64,000 bases of DNA from Mobula hypostoma (lineage: Eukaryota): assembly GCF_963921235.1 (NCBI RefSeq), contig NC_086097.1:122080001-122144000 (forward strand), in the 5' to 3' direction. Below are positions 1-11,958 of this stretch, piece after piece. Under the pieces are notes generated by a model. That model ran no database searches and was not told the DNA's origin. It saw nothing but the letters and a program-made list of their open reading frames with translations. Positions within the stretch are counted from its first letter, which is position 1; each line of letters opens with the position of its first letter. Position numbers and translations under genes: made by a program.

Positions 1-286
1 GTCGCAGGGTGAAGAAGGGTCCTGGGCTCCAACTGTTTGTACACGAAGAGATTGATCTTTGATAAGTGTGGTGCCTTTGATTTTCCTTTTTTAATTATAT
101 AGTTTCATTAATATCTATAAACTGTAAATCATTTAATCGTATCTAGTGTATTGTCTGTTATTTGGACGGGGTGGGGTACATCACGCAGCATCCACACAAA
201 CTAATTACCCAGTTTGGCGGGGCCAAGGGCTGTTCCCCTAGACGACAGTGAGCCGAGCGACCCTGAGGTCGGCCAGGGGGGCTACA
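1..286 (+). repeat. 5' LTR (3' part)
   Basis: Aligns to 3383-3683; ends ...GGGGCTACA. Confidence 0.9.
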
Positions 287-289
287 TTG

Positions 290-307
290 TGGGGGCTCAT
301 CCGGGAT
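290..307 (+). promoter_or_regulatory. Primer binding site, tRNA-Pro type
   Basis: TGGGGGCTCATCCGGGAT, one mismatch from canonical PBS-Pro TGGGGGCTCGTCCGGGAT, 3 nt after the LTR. Confidence 0.9.
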
Positions 308-519
308 TGGGTCTACTGGTATGCTGTGTGGGTGCCCTGGTTAAATTTGTAATGTGTGTCTCTGTGGGTTATTTGCTGGTTATTGCTGTATGCGTGGTGG
401 GTGCAGTTTTTGTTCAAGTTCAGGCTGGCATTGACGAGTTGGAGCTGGCACTTGGGGCTGCCTATGCTGTTGGGAGAGAGAGGAAAGAGTGGTCTGATTT
501 GGAGGTAGTGTGTGCAAAT

Positions 520-1775
520 AAATGTTCTAGCTCTGGCAGGCTCCGCCTGGTGCTTGGGATAGTGTCCACCCCAAGAGGGGCGGAAGCATGCGAGACGTGG
601 GTGGCGCGGATCTCTCAGTTGTTAGATGAGTGGCAGTGCTAGGTTGAGGGAGAGTGACAGGGATTGGTTGAAAGTTTAAGTAGTTGGGCTGGTGACGGTG
701 TTAGAGCTGTCAGGTTCACTTACACCGTACTGACAGCTGTCAGTTATTTGAAAGAGGGGGAAAGTTTTCAGTGTGCCTTCTCTGGCTAGGAGGGCGGCTA
801 AATTGCTTGCAGTGCCAGGGGGATCATTTCAGGGGATCAGCCCCTCCTTCAGTTGTTCAGATGATCAGAGAGGTGTTGAGAAACTTAGTGGAGGCCCAGT
901 GGGGGAACGGCTTGGGGTCTCTGGGGAAGCACGTTCCCAGCAATGTACCAATGAACTTCCTCAAGGAAAAGACCCTATTCCTGAAGGCTTAGAGGGACCA
1001 CGCCCCAGGGTGTCGTTATGGATAGAGGGAAGCGATGTTAAAGCCATCCTCGACCCCGGGGCGCAGGTCAAGTTGTTGTACAGTTCGTTTTACAACCGGT
1101 GTCTGAAGCATTTACCCCTGACTACCGCAAGGGCACCGGAGATTTTGGGTACCAGTGCCAGTAGTTATCCAGAAGATGATGATTGGTAAATGACCCTGGA
1201 GTTTATGGGGGCATTGTCTGGGCACCCAGCGTGTCGAGTTGCTTCTGAGGTCGTGTGTAGCAGCCTTGAGCCGGTACCGAATTTAAGCGAGACCCAGCGG
1301 TGGAACGGCTTGGGGAAAATAGCTGAGGGTGAGACCCTCTTAGTAGATGCTCCGAACTACCACTCGGGAGGGGAGTTGACCGCTGAAGAAACCTCAGTGA
1401 GAGAGAGGTCGCGGCAACTGGACCCTGGCGCCATGGAAAATGGAGGCAGTGTGTGTGTGGATTGTGTGACGTGGTTTAATGTGCTGGATCTGAGGAGTGG
1501 ATGTTGCTAGATCCCAAGGAGGGCGGCTGTTGAGCCGAAAATGGCTGTTATTAGTTCCCTAAGATTATTCTGATCCAAAAAGATGCCCAAGGGCATATCC
1601 GGAGCCCCTGCATCCTTCCCGCGCGGCATGAGGAAGACCATGGGGGAAGTGAAGGTGTGTGGAGTTTTGGCATATATGGATGACTGCCTAGAGCTTGGAT
1701 TCGCCTGGGGTGACTATGAGGCGAGGCGAGTGGCTGAGCCTGGGTGACAGAAGCAAAGTGTCACATGTGGAGGAG
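520..1775 (+). pseudogene. Decayed PNMA-like gag, aspartic protease and RT remnants
   Basis: ETWVARISQLLDEWQC (PNMA-type gag); AILDPGAQV (protease DTG-like); [22 protein letters not shown] and YMDD (RT), with stops and deletions. Confidence 0.85.
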
Positions 1776-1789
1776 TTTCTGGCCGGAGG

Positions 1790-2494
1790 ATTTTGGTGCA
1801 ATGTGAGAAAAATGACCCGACATACCAGTTGAACTTCCTGGTGTTGGAGCAGACGGTGGTGGACCTGGGGATGGAAACCCAGGTCGTCAATCTGAATGAG
1901 ACACAGGGAAGAGAGGGGATTTGCACCGCACTGCGGTCATGTACTGATGAATTAATCCAGCGAGAAGAAACAATGACCCACCTTCGAAGGGATCAGCAGA
2001 AACTCAAGACGTCGATTCAGAAAAGATTGGAAGACTTACAAGTCGGGGAAGATCAAGGAAGTGTTCTGTCTAAGGCCAACAGAAAACCGACAGACCAGGG
2101 AGGGGAGTGTGACTACACTCCCGAGGAGGTGAAGCAATGGAGGACAGATCTCGGAACAGGGAGGCGGACGCTTGAAAGGAACCTGAAGATGACTATCGTG
2201 AGTTTAAATGAAGTAGAAAAACTGAAAGTTGACCTGGAAGACGCCCTCAGGAAGAAACAACCGGAGGCTGAACATTCTTTAACTGCTGCTTTTCAGATCA
2301 GGGTGGAAGAAGCTGGTGGGGTAACTGCGTCCCAGATGGAGATGGCCAAGAACCCTGAGTCAGAACTGCTGAGACTGTGACGAGAGTTGAAGGAGTCCCC
2401 GAAGAAGCTGATGTCTCGACTGCAGGAGGCTGAAGGGGTAGCCCCGGCTAAATGTTTCAGTGTGGAGAAACTTAACCAGCGGCTACCGATCGAG
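1790..2494 (+). pseudogene. Captured, decayed sarcomeric myosin heavy chain rod fragments (MYH16-like)
   Basis: EKND...QKRLEDLQVGEDQGSVLSK...LKMTIVSLNEVEKLKVDLED...RVEEAGGVTASQMEM...ELLRL*RELKE...[24 protein letters not shown] follow myosin rod motifs in the correct order. Confidence 0.82.
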
Positions 2495-2995
2495 GGAATG
2501 AGGAAGAATACGGATTCGAAGGATGATGTGCTGGACACGTGTTACATGCTGCCTTTCACTAACTTCCCCGTGATTGAGGAAGTGACCTTTGGCTCTTCTC
2601 CCACTGAGTCAGGTGTAGTGGGGAGGGCTAGCTGTGGGCAGTCTGAGTTGCGGCAGGATCAGGAAGGAGGAGAGGCGGGGCCCCGGACATGGGACAGGGG
2701 GCTCCGATCTGTAATGGTGGCCTGAGTGAGAGAGGAGTTGGCAAGCAGGCCCGAGGTATCCCTAGTAGTGTCTGAGCCTTTTGGGTTTAGGTGAGGGGGT
2801 ACGGAGGTCTTGGAGGGTTTACAAGCTCCCAGATAGGTTGGCCTATGTAGCGCCCGTGGGACGGGTGTAAGGTCCACTGTTTGGGGAGCACCGTCACTGT
2901 GAGTATCTGTGTATGTGTGTGTTGTGTGTCTGCAGGACTGGTTGGTGAGTTATTTAGAAGTTATGAGGGCATGACTTTATTTGGTGGGGGGAGAG

Positions 2996-3683
2996 TGTAA
3001 GGGGGTTTCATCTTTACGTTACTGTGTAGGCTAATTAAAATGGCTTCTTTGTTATGTTATATTTGGGAATGCTTCTTTGTTATGTTAAACGCTGAGAAAG
3101 TTTTGCACTAGCAGCTTGTTTTCGGTTAGGCGGTGATTTGGAGATGTTATGAACCAATTGGGATAGTTGTTATGATTTCGGTGTATCTGGAAGATCTGTA
3201 TGCGTGGGGTTTTGGGGGCAGAATGCGGGAGAGAGAGACAGTGGATGCAGGTGCTGTGATGTCCGCTAATGGGGTTGGACCCCAAGGAGGGCGTTTGGTG
3301 AGGAGATGGAGATGGACTCGTGTGGAGCGTCTGGTTGACCAACGTTGTTGGTCCCAGGTGGCAGGTTGAGGTGGTTCGAGGGGTCGCAGGGTGAAGAAGT
3401 GTCCTGATCTCCAACTGTTCATGCACGAAGAGATTGAACTTTGATAAGTGTGGCGCCATTGATTTTCCTTTTATATTTTATTCTCTATTAATTATATAGT
3501 TCCAGTAATATCTATAAACGGTAAATCATTTAATTGTATCTGGTGTATTGTCTGTTATTTGGGCGGGGTGGGGTACTTCACACAGCGTCCACACGAACTA
3601 ATTACCCAGTTTGGCGGGGCCGAGGGCTAGTTCCCTAAACGACAGCAAGCCAAGCGACCCTGAGGTCGGCCAAAGGGGCTACA
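2996..3683 (+). repeat. 3' LTR (688 bp) preceded by PPT
   Basis: TG...CA ends; PPT GGTGGGGGGAGAG at 2983-2995. Confidence 0.9.
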
Positions 3684-4367
3684 CTTCTTAGCCATGCTTT
3701 TCTAAGAGAAAAGACCACAGTGGAGTGGATTTGACATCACTTAGTAATTCCTAAGGGTTAATCATTATGGGTGGGGTGATATTTATAGCATAGTTTTAAA
3801 ACAAAGAACAGTACGCAATCCTGACAATTAAACCAAACTGTCATGCATTCTCAAACTATGCTAAAGATATGCAGTGTCAATTAAGTGTTACAGTTCTAAG
3901 AGAACAATGGTGGCTTAAGCAGTTGGTTCTATTGACCAACATTGAAGATGCAGAACCTCTTACTCTGAGAACTGATTTTTGATTACAATGTGAATATTTT
4001 AAATCGGCTTTTCTGATGCAGAATGTAGATCAAACTGCAGGGATTGTGCTTCAGAACATTGCTGTATATTGAATTCCCAATTAATTTTTCATGGATTGAA
4101 AATTGTGTGAAGTTTTTCTAAGATATACTGCTTAGGTCTCCAAGCAAGATGAGGCCACAACAGAGGTGTGGAATTGAGAAAATGTTAATACTGTAATAAT
4201 GAAGACTGCCCTTGTACAATCAATTATGAGAACTGTGAAAATAGAAAGGAGCACAAGATGCAATTTAGCTTGTCAAAGAATAAATGTTGTCCTGTGAAGA
4301 TTTACCAATGATAATTTAATCTTAATTATAGATTAAATTAGGACATGCCTGAGAGAAGATTGTAGTT

Positions 4368-4563
4368 GTTTGTATGTTCTCCAGGTGGACTGACTTCTTC
4401 CCACAGTCAGAAGATGTACCGGTTAGTATGTTAATTGGTAATTGTAAATTGCCCCATTGTTAGGTTAGGGTTAATTTGGGTGTTGTCAGGGGTTGCTGGG
4501 CAGAGCAGCTCGAAGGGCTGGAAGGGCCTATTCCATGCTGTATCTTTAAATAAATGAATAAAT
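4368..4563 (+). mobile_element. V-SINE/HE1-like SINE, 5'-truncated
   Basis: cccacagtcagaagatgtaccggttagt core, CR1-like 3' end gggcctattccatgctgtatc, (TAAA)n tail. Confidence 0.65.
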
Positions 4564-4854
4564 TTGATTGTCTATGCCTTCAAATTCTCTGTATTTCCTA
4601 ACTGGTTGAAGAAGTGCAATCTACATCTACACTCCTGGCCCTTCCTGGCATCTCCAAGCCGGAATGCTTGAAACCGCAATGAGCAAAACAGTTTTGAATT
4701 GTCTCACTGCTTAATTCTCACCAACTATCACTGCTTTTTGAACACAAACACACACAACTGAAGCTATTTAAAAACTGATTGCTCTAAGCACAGTGTAGTC
4801 TCTAATGGCCACACAAATGCATGTGACTGACCCCAGTTTCAAATGGTTTGAAAA

Positions 4855-7692
4855 CCATTATATATGCTAACTGGCCTATAATTTCTTAAACTTCCGCTTT
4901 GCTCCCTTCTTAAAGTGTGTAGTGACATTTGCAATTTTCCAGTCCTCTGGAACCATTCCGGAATCTATTGATTCTTGAAAGATCTTAACTAATACCCCCA
5001 CAGTCTCTTCAGCTACCCCTTTCAGATCCCTAGGATGCAGTCCATCTTGTCCAGGTGACTTAGATATCTACTTTGGGACCTTTCATCTTTCTACGCGCCT
5101 TCTTCTTATTAATAGCAACTACACTCACTTCTGCAGTCATATATTCTCAAATTTCTGGTATACTGCTAGTGTCTTCCATTTCTTTGTTCCCCATTACTAC
5201 CACTCCAGTGGTCCAATATCCACTGTTGCCTCTCTTTTACTCTTTATATATCTGAAAAAAACTTTTGGTATCCTCTTTGATATTATTGGCTATCTTAGCT
5301 TCATATTTCATCTTTTCTCTCCCTATTTTTTTTAAGTTGCCTTCTGTTGGTTTTTAAATGCTTTCCAAACCTCTAACTTTCCAATATGCAAAATGCATGC
5401 CTTCTCTTTTGATTTTATGCTGTTGTTCGCTTTCCTTTGTCAGCCATAGCTGTCTCATCTTCTTTTTAGATTACTTCATCATTTTTGGGATGTATATAAC
5501 CTGAGGCTTCCAAATTGCTCCCAGAAACTGTTGCTGTTTCGATGTAATTCCTGCTAATGTCCATTTCCAGTCAAATTGGGCCAGCTTTTCTCTCAGGTCT
5601 CTGTAATTCCCTCTACTCCACTGTAATACTGATACATCTGACTGTAGCTTCTCACTCTCAGACTGCAGGGTGAACTCTATCAAATTATGATCACTCCCTT
5701 CTAAGGGTTCCTTTACCTTAAACTGCCTAATCAAATCTCGTTTATTACACAACACCCAAACCAGAACCGTCTTTCCCTAAGTGCCCCAAGTTCCCCGGTT
5801 AGGTTTAACATCACTGCCATATGTCATGAAATTTGTTGTTCTGCAGCAGCAGAACATTGCAATACAAAATAATAAAACTATAAATTACAAAAAAGACGTT
5901 GAGCTCATCTGGGAGTGAAGCATCACCCCCATTCATGTTGTTAGGTTTTGCTTTGTAGGAAGTATAGTAATGGCCTGCAAACCCTGCCAAAGCTGGTGTG
6001 CATCTGATTCTATCTCCAGCCTCAACTGGGCTTGTTTTTTCACTCTGAAGACATCCTTCCATAGGTCATAGCCGGACATTCTGTAGCATTCTAGATCACT
6101 GGTCTTGAACGCCACAGATCTAGCCCTCAGCAGTCTGTGAATCTCCTCATTCATCCGCGGCTTTTAATTTGGGTATGACCAGTATGTTCTGGAAGGCACC
6201 ACACTCATCCGCACAGGTTTTGATGTAACAGTAACAATTATGGCATATTCATTCAAACTCAAAGATGAATCCCTGAATATTGTCCAATCCACCAACTCAA
6301 ATCAGTCTTCTAAGCACTCCTCTGCCTCCCTTGACCTTACCTTCTTGGTCCTCACCACTAGTGCTGCAGTCCTTAATCTCTGCCAATATGCTGGGACTAG
6401 AAGTACAGCCAGGTGATTGGACTTTCCAAAGTGTGGGCAAAGGATGGCATGGTAAGTGTTCTTGATGGAGGTATAACAATTTATCAAGTGCGTTGGTTTC
6501 CCTGGTTTCACAGGTTATTTGTTGGTGGTAGCTGCTCAGAGACTTCTTCAAGCTGGCCTGGTTGAAATCCTCCGCAATGATAGAGAAGACATCAGAATAC
6601 ACGGTTTCATGCCTGCTGATCATGGTGCTCAGCTCCTCTATTGCCTGCCTGACGCTGGTCTGGGGTGGAACGTATGCCGCTACCAAGATGATGGTGAAAA
6701 ACTCTCTCGGCGGGTGAAAAGGACGACATTTGACCACTTGACGTTCCAGGTCGAATGAGCAGGACTGAGACAGAACCACTATGTCTGTGCGCCACAAAGA
6801 GTTAATCATAGAATATACTCCACCTTCTCTACATTTAAAAGACTGAGCTGTCCTGTCTTTACAGTGAATGGTGAAGCCAACAAGCTGCAGTGCTGCATCC
6901 AGGATAGCAGGGGATAGCCACGTTTCCATGAATCAAAGTACATAGCAGTTCCTGATGTCTCTCTGGTACTGCGATTTTATTGTGCAGACTGTACATTCGC
7001 CATTAGGATAGTTGGGCATTGGGGTCCAAAGCCTTTGCTCCTCAATCTTGCTTACAGCCCAGCAAACTTTCTGTGCTTCCACTTTCTTAAAGGGAAACTA
7101 CACTCGTGACCTAAATCTGCAGTCCAAGATCTGTCAATTTGAGTGGATAGATTTTTTTAAGCATCTTAAAATGATGTCTCTTGCTGAAGTACCCACGGCT
7201 GTAACTATGGACTTCAGCTGTAGTAGAAATGAACTGGAGTATTTGATGATTCTGATCAGATGCAAAGAGTCGTCCCTTACTGGCACCAATTTAATGTCCC
7301 AACCACAAGCTGCTCTAAAAAGCCGTCCCTTAGGCATTCTCTGAATTCCATCTCTTGGGATCTAGGACCAGTCTGATTTTCCCAATCTATCTGTATATTG
7401 AAATCCCCTATGACTATTATAACATTGTTCTTTTACATGCCTTTTGTATCCCTTGTTGCAATTTGTACCCCAGATCCTGGCTACTTTTTGGAGGCTTATA
7501 TACAACTCCCATCAAGACCTTTTTCACCCTTGCGGTTTCCTAATTTTACCCTCAAGGATTCTGCCCCTTCCGATCCTATATCACCTCTTTGTATGGATAT
7601 GGTTTCATTTTTTACTAACAGATCCACCCACCCCCTCTGCCTATCTGTCTGTCATTTTGCTAGAATGTATATCCTTGGATGTTAAGCTCCCA
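4855..7692 (-). mobile_element. CR1 LINE ORF2 fragment, interrupted about 5785-7300
   Basis: VKEPLEGSDHNLIEF endonuclease motif; sequence resumes at about 7304; parallels CR1 at 53100-54690. Confidence 0.8.
5800..7230 (-). mobile_element. Rex1/Babar-type LINE, internally deleted (endonuclease joined to 3' tail)
   Basis: ETWL...DRT...GGV...YVPP...DFNQASL; SLPDELN; 3' UTR tail at about 5800-5895. Confidence 0.75.
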
Positions 7693-7696
7693 AATG

Positions 7697-7801
7697 GGAG
7701 GACATACAGATTCCTTACAGAGGACACCGGTTTAAACTCGGAACTCCTGGTGCTCTGAGCTACAATATCGCTGCACTAACCGCTATGCTACCGTGGCACC
7801 C
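7697..7801 (-). mobile_element. tRNA-derived SINE head
   Basis: Reverse strand GGTAGCATAGCGG (A box) and GAGTTTAAAC (B box-like). Confidence 0.7.
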
Positions 7802-8331
7802 AGCTTGAATGCTACAATTAAAATGAAGATATTGAGAATGTAATCTTCTAAAGCTTCGCAAGAAGGCAGTCCATTATCTGCACTTGATATCTGCGCTGAT
7901 TTTGTTTGTTTTCAGTCAATCATAAGCACACGGCAGATTAATTTCTCTGTTGATAACCATTCAGAGCTAATATACAGTTTTACAGTATTGTAGATGTGTT
8001 GATAGAATCCTCATTTCTTCTGCATTTAATTTAAATATGTAAGTTGTTATTATGTTATACGGTAGTTTGTCTTTTTCTATACCTTTTAATTATTTCCACA
8101 ATGCTTTGGCTAATTAGGACAGCTAATTAATTGGGCCAAAATCAAAATGTACTAGTCCTGATGTGTCCAGATCAACTGGAATCCTGGAATCAACTGGAAT
8201 CCTGGAATGCTCTGTGTGTGTAGGTATATATATATATACTTACATTGAATATTACACAAACATATATATGAATAATGATTTCTTTCCAAATGTCAATGCT
8301 TTACTTTCACCTTCATTTACTCAATAAAATA

Positions 8332-8500
8332 AACTCAGTGGCCACTTCATTTGTTACCTCCTGTACCTCATGAAGTGGCCTCTAAGCATTACATTCATGG
8401 TCTTCTGCTGCTGTAGCCCATCCACTTCAAGGTTCGACATGCTGTGCGTTCAGAGATGCTCTTCTGCACACCACTGTCGTAAGGTGTAGTTATCTGAGTT
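8332..8500. mobile_element. Tc1/mariner-like MITE fragment (CACTCAGTGGCCAC TIR family)
   Basis: Same TIR and body as the copies at 11332, 24299, 32256 and 49123. Confidence 0.7.
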
Positions 8501-8886
8501 GGGGCAGGTATATAAGGAGATATGTATGATAGAGTTCATTCAAAATGCAATCCTCTTATGCAGCAGCAGGTCAGAATTTCCATTTCTTTCCTCTTATTCT
8601 TCCTCTTGCTGTATATCAGTTATTTCTTCATAAATATCGCCAAGAGATAAAGTAATAAAAGCAACTGAATAATGTCCAAAATGTGGCTATAAAAATTGAA
8701 ACAGATAGCAAGAAAGGACAGGCTGAAGTAACAGCCAATGTCTAATATTTGTAGTGAAAATTTATTTATTAAAATATGAGGTTCGTCAATTGAATTATCC
8801 AGTAAGGAAGGTAATTTCTCTCTGTAACACACATAAAAGTTGCTGGTGAACGCAGCAGGCCAGGCAGCATCTCTAGGAAGAGGTGC

Positions 8887-8922
8887 AGTCGACGTTTCAG
8901 GCCGAGACCCTTCGTCAGGACT
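8887..8922 (-). ncRNA. Minimal type I hammerhead ribozyme motif
   Basis: Exact reverse complement of 8954-8989. Confidence 0.8.
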
Positions 8923-8953
8923 AACTGAAGGAAGAGTGAGTAAGGGATCAGTT

Positions 8954-8989
8954 AGTCCTGACGAAGGGTCTCGGCCTGAAACGTCGACT
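8954..8989 (+). ncRNA. Minimal type I hammerhead ribozyme motif
   Basis: AGTC-CTGACGA-AGG(GTCTCGG)CCT-GAAAC-GTC^-GACT: intact core, stems I and II, palindromic ACGT stem III. Confidence 0.8.
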
Positions 8990-9734
8990 GCACCTCTTCC
9001 TAGAGATGCTGCCTGGCCTACTGCGTTCACCAGCAACTTTTATGTGTGTTGCTTGAATTTCCAGCATCTGCAGAATTCCTGTTGTTTGCGTTTAATTTCT
9101 CTCTGTTCCTGCTCTCTGGACAAGCTAACAAATTAACCTAATTTCCTTGCTCTTTGCTCATGGCCTTCAATCTTTTCCTTTCAAACACTTATACAGCCTC
9201 ACTTTGAAGGTTATTATTGAATTCCTCTACCATCAGTTCAGTCTGGCTGTTGGGCAAAAATAAAATTCTCCTAATCTCACCCCTGGTTCTTTTGCAAATT
9301 ATTGCAAATCTATATCCTCTTGTTGTTAGTTCTTATGACCATGGGAAACAACTTTTTCCTGGTTCCTCAATAAAAATTCTTCAAATTTTTTAAGAACTCG
9401 ACCAAATCCTTTTTTTAAAAACATTTCCTTTGCTCTAAGAAATCTGGATGATGGACGATGGAGTTGAAGAATAAACTAGTAATGTTTGAATATGTAGGCA
9501 CATCATTTTACAGCAAAAGTGATCCTATTCATATTGGTCTCTTGCAGATTAGGTACTCTTTTGCTATTTGATAGTTAGAATTCAGTGTGAAATTCTGTAA
9601 TAAAGGATGAGGAGGCCAGTCACTTGGTACACCTAAAGCAGAGGTTGATAGGTTCTTGATTAGTAAGGGCATCAAAGGTTATGGGGAGAAGGAGGGAGAG
9701 TGAGTTTGAGAGGAATAATAAATCACTTCTGCAA

Positions 9735-10065
9735 GACATGCCTGCAAGAAAAAGACCCCCCACCACCGAAGACTGCCCTTTTCTCATTACACCCATTCCA
9801 GAGGAGCCTGCACATTTTTGGAACAGCTTCTTCCCCTCCACCATCACATTCCTGAACAATTCATGACCCCATGAACACTACCTCACTTTTTTTTTGCTGT
9901 TTGGCAATACTCATTTATCTTATATAGTGTATTTTTTCGATATATTTTGACATATATATTTATTTTTATGATTTGTAGTATATTTTATGTATTGCACTGT
10001 AATGTTATTGCAGAACAACAAATTACATGACATATGTTATTAATAATATATCTGATTCTGATTCA
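9735..10065 (+). mobile_element. Rex/Babar LINE 3' end
   Basis: FWNSFFPSTI C-terminal motif and (TCTGAT)n tail. Confidence 0.65.
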
Positions 10066-10799
10066 GAGAAAATGAATCTCAGGGTAGTAAATCTCGACAT
10101 ATATGTACTATGATAATAAATTTATTTTAACTTTTACTTTGAAATCAGCCTTGATCAAATGGTGGAGTAGAAACGATGAGCTGAATGGACTAATTCTGTG
10201 TGGTTGTCTTTTGGTGTACAATATTAGTAGCAAGTTTAGTAGTACTGAGTATGTGAAGAGAATAGATGACTAATATTCACCAGTCCAATATCATATTTCA
10301 TTCATCCCTGCAATCCCATTGTGAAGGCGATGTCCTAACAAAGAAAACAGCTTGAAATGATGTGGCCCACAAACTGCAGAGCATAACAGGCTGTAATGTT
10401 TGTGTGTGCTACCATTGCCATTATTAGTGTTTTACAATTTCCTGCCTGAGTTATCAGCAAGAAAATGCTATTTCCCTCTGCAAATCCTCATTAACAACCA
10501 AGTCTGAAACACCTCACAATTGAAACAAAGGACCTCCGCTATGTTCTCCCTTGAGATTCTATGATCTTATTCTCAATCACATTTTCAGCACCATACTTGC
10601 AATCACACCATCTCAGCTATATTCCTGCTCTGTCATGTGCAGGATGAGGTGTTATGTCTTAATCATTTCTCTGGGAGCATCTGGACAGCAGTTAAAAATA
10701 CCTTTGTTTGATTTCTGCGCTTACAAAAATCTTTCCTGTCTTTTCTAATCAGTGACACCAATTTGCAAACATCGTTGCTCTTTCTATCTTCTCCAAGGA

Positions 10800-11085
10800 T
10801 CTCACTTTGTCGTGGTGGAGAGGCTTGTGTGTTCGGGAGATCCAGAGAATTAGGCCATCTTCAGTTTAGCCATCTGGCACTTAGCTCCTGGTAGGGTTAC
10901 CCTTGGCAGTGAGGTCACAGGGGAGGTCCCAGTCAAAGAGCGATCCAACCAAGGGCTCATTGGTGAAACTGGTGTAAGATGATGACACATCACAACGGCA
11001 GTGAGGGGTCAATTGTCCCTGTGTACTCCATGCCAATGGACGCTGACCCTGATCTGTCAAGGACGTTAAACAAAGTCACACACAG
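10800..11085 (+). mobile_element. RTE (Expander-like) 5' UTR fragment
   Basis: ctttgtcgtggtggagaggcttgtgtg...ctcctggtagggttacccttggc; similar to 39918-40275. Confidence 0.5.
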
Positions 11086-11331
11086 TCCTGTTCACTCTCT
11101 TCTTTCTAGTCCTATGGTCATGGGCTAATTTAAAGAAATTATACCCCTTTCAAATTGATCCTTTTAAATATTTTATTTTGTTGATCAATATCAAATGGAT
11201 GGTCTCATCAGTCATTTTCTTAATAGTGATAGATCAAATGACTTCCTTTGAAGTTAAATTAGGGAGAGAGGTGCAGAGGAGTGGGGATTCAATGTCACCC
11301 ATTTTAAAGTATTGCACAAAAGCAACACTTA

Positions 11332-11958
11332 CACTAAGTGGCCATCTTATTAGGTACCTCCTGAACCAAATAAAGTGGCCTCTATGTTCATGGTGTTCTG
11401 CTGTTGTAGCCCATCCACCTCAAGGTTCGATGTGTTGTGCATTCAGGAATGCTCTTCTGCACAAAACTATTATAATGGGTGGTTATTTGAGTTAATGTCA
11501 CCTTCCTGTCAGCTTGAAGCAGTCTGGACATTCTCCTCTGACCTCTCTCATTAACAAGGCATTTTTGCTACAGAACTGCCGCTCGCTGGATTCTTTTTTA
11601 ACACCATTCTCTGTAAATTCCAGAGACTGTTATGCATGAAAGTCTCAGGAGATTATCAGTTTTTAAGGTACTCAAACCACACCATCTGGCACCAACAATC
11701 ATTCCGTGGTCAAGGTCACTTCAATCATATTTCTTCCCCATTCTGAACAACAACTTAACCTCTAGAACAGGGGTTCCCAACCTGGGATCCATGGACCCCT
11801 TGCTTAATGGTGTTGGTCCATGGTATGTAAAAGTTAATAACCCTGCTCTAAACCAAGTCTGCATGTTTTTATGTATTAAGTTGCTGCCACATGATTGACT
11901 GATTAGATATTTGCATTAATGAATAGACGTACAAGTGTAATAAAGTAGCCACTGAGAG
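11332..11958. mobile_element. Tc1/mariner-like MITE, full length
   Basis: TA-flanked TIRs CACTAAGTGGCCA.../...TAGCCACTGAGAG. Confidence 0.8.

Larger units (their letters stand above)
1..3683 (+). mobile_element. Non-autonomous Ty3/Gypsy LTR retrotransposon (5' LTR cut by window edge)
   Basis: Direct repeats 1-286 and 3383-3683, tRNA-Pro PBS, PPT, decayed gag/protease/RT; interior only about 2.7 kb. Confidence 0.92.
4617..8207. mobile_element. Probable pogo/Tigger-like DNA element remnant split by nested insertions (pieces about 4617-4850 and 7803-8207)
   Basis: Non-coding pieces flank a CR1/Rex/SINE nest; end motif caactggaatcc resembles Tigger-type TIRs. Family assignment tentative. Confidence 0.35.
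8826..9092. mobile_element. Penelope-like element terminus in inverted (palindromic) arrangement
   Basis: 103-bp arms 8826-8928 and 8948-9050 with one mismatch; 14-bp flanking duplication TAATTTCTCTCTGT at 8812-8825 and 9093-9106. Confidence 0.85.

Noticed and set aside
7697..7801. tRNA-like sequence with A/B boxes (also other SINE heads)
   Set aside because: No full cloverleaf; continues into SINE body, so not a tRNA gene.
8620..9136. Mirror-image ORFs 8620-9036 (-) and 8840-9136 (+) with near-identical peptides
   Set aside because: Artefact of the Penelope palindrome; no support as genes.
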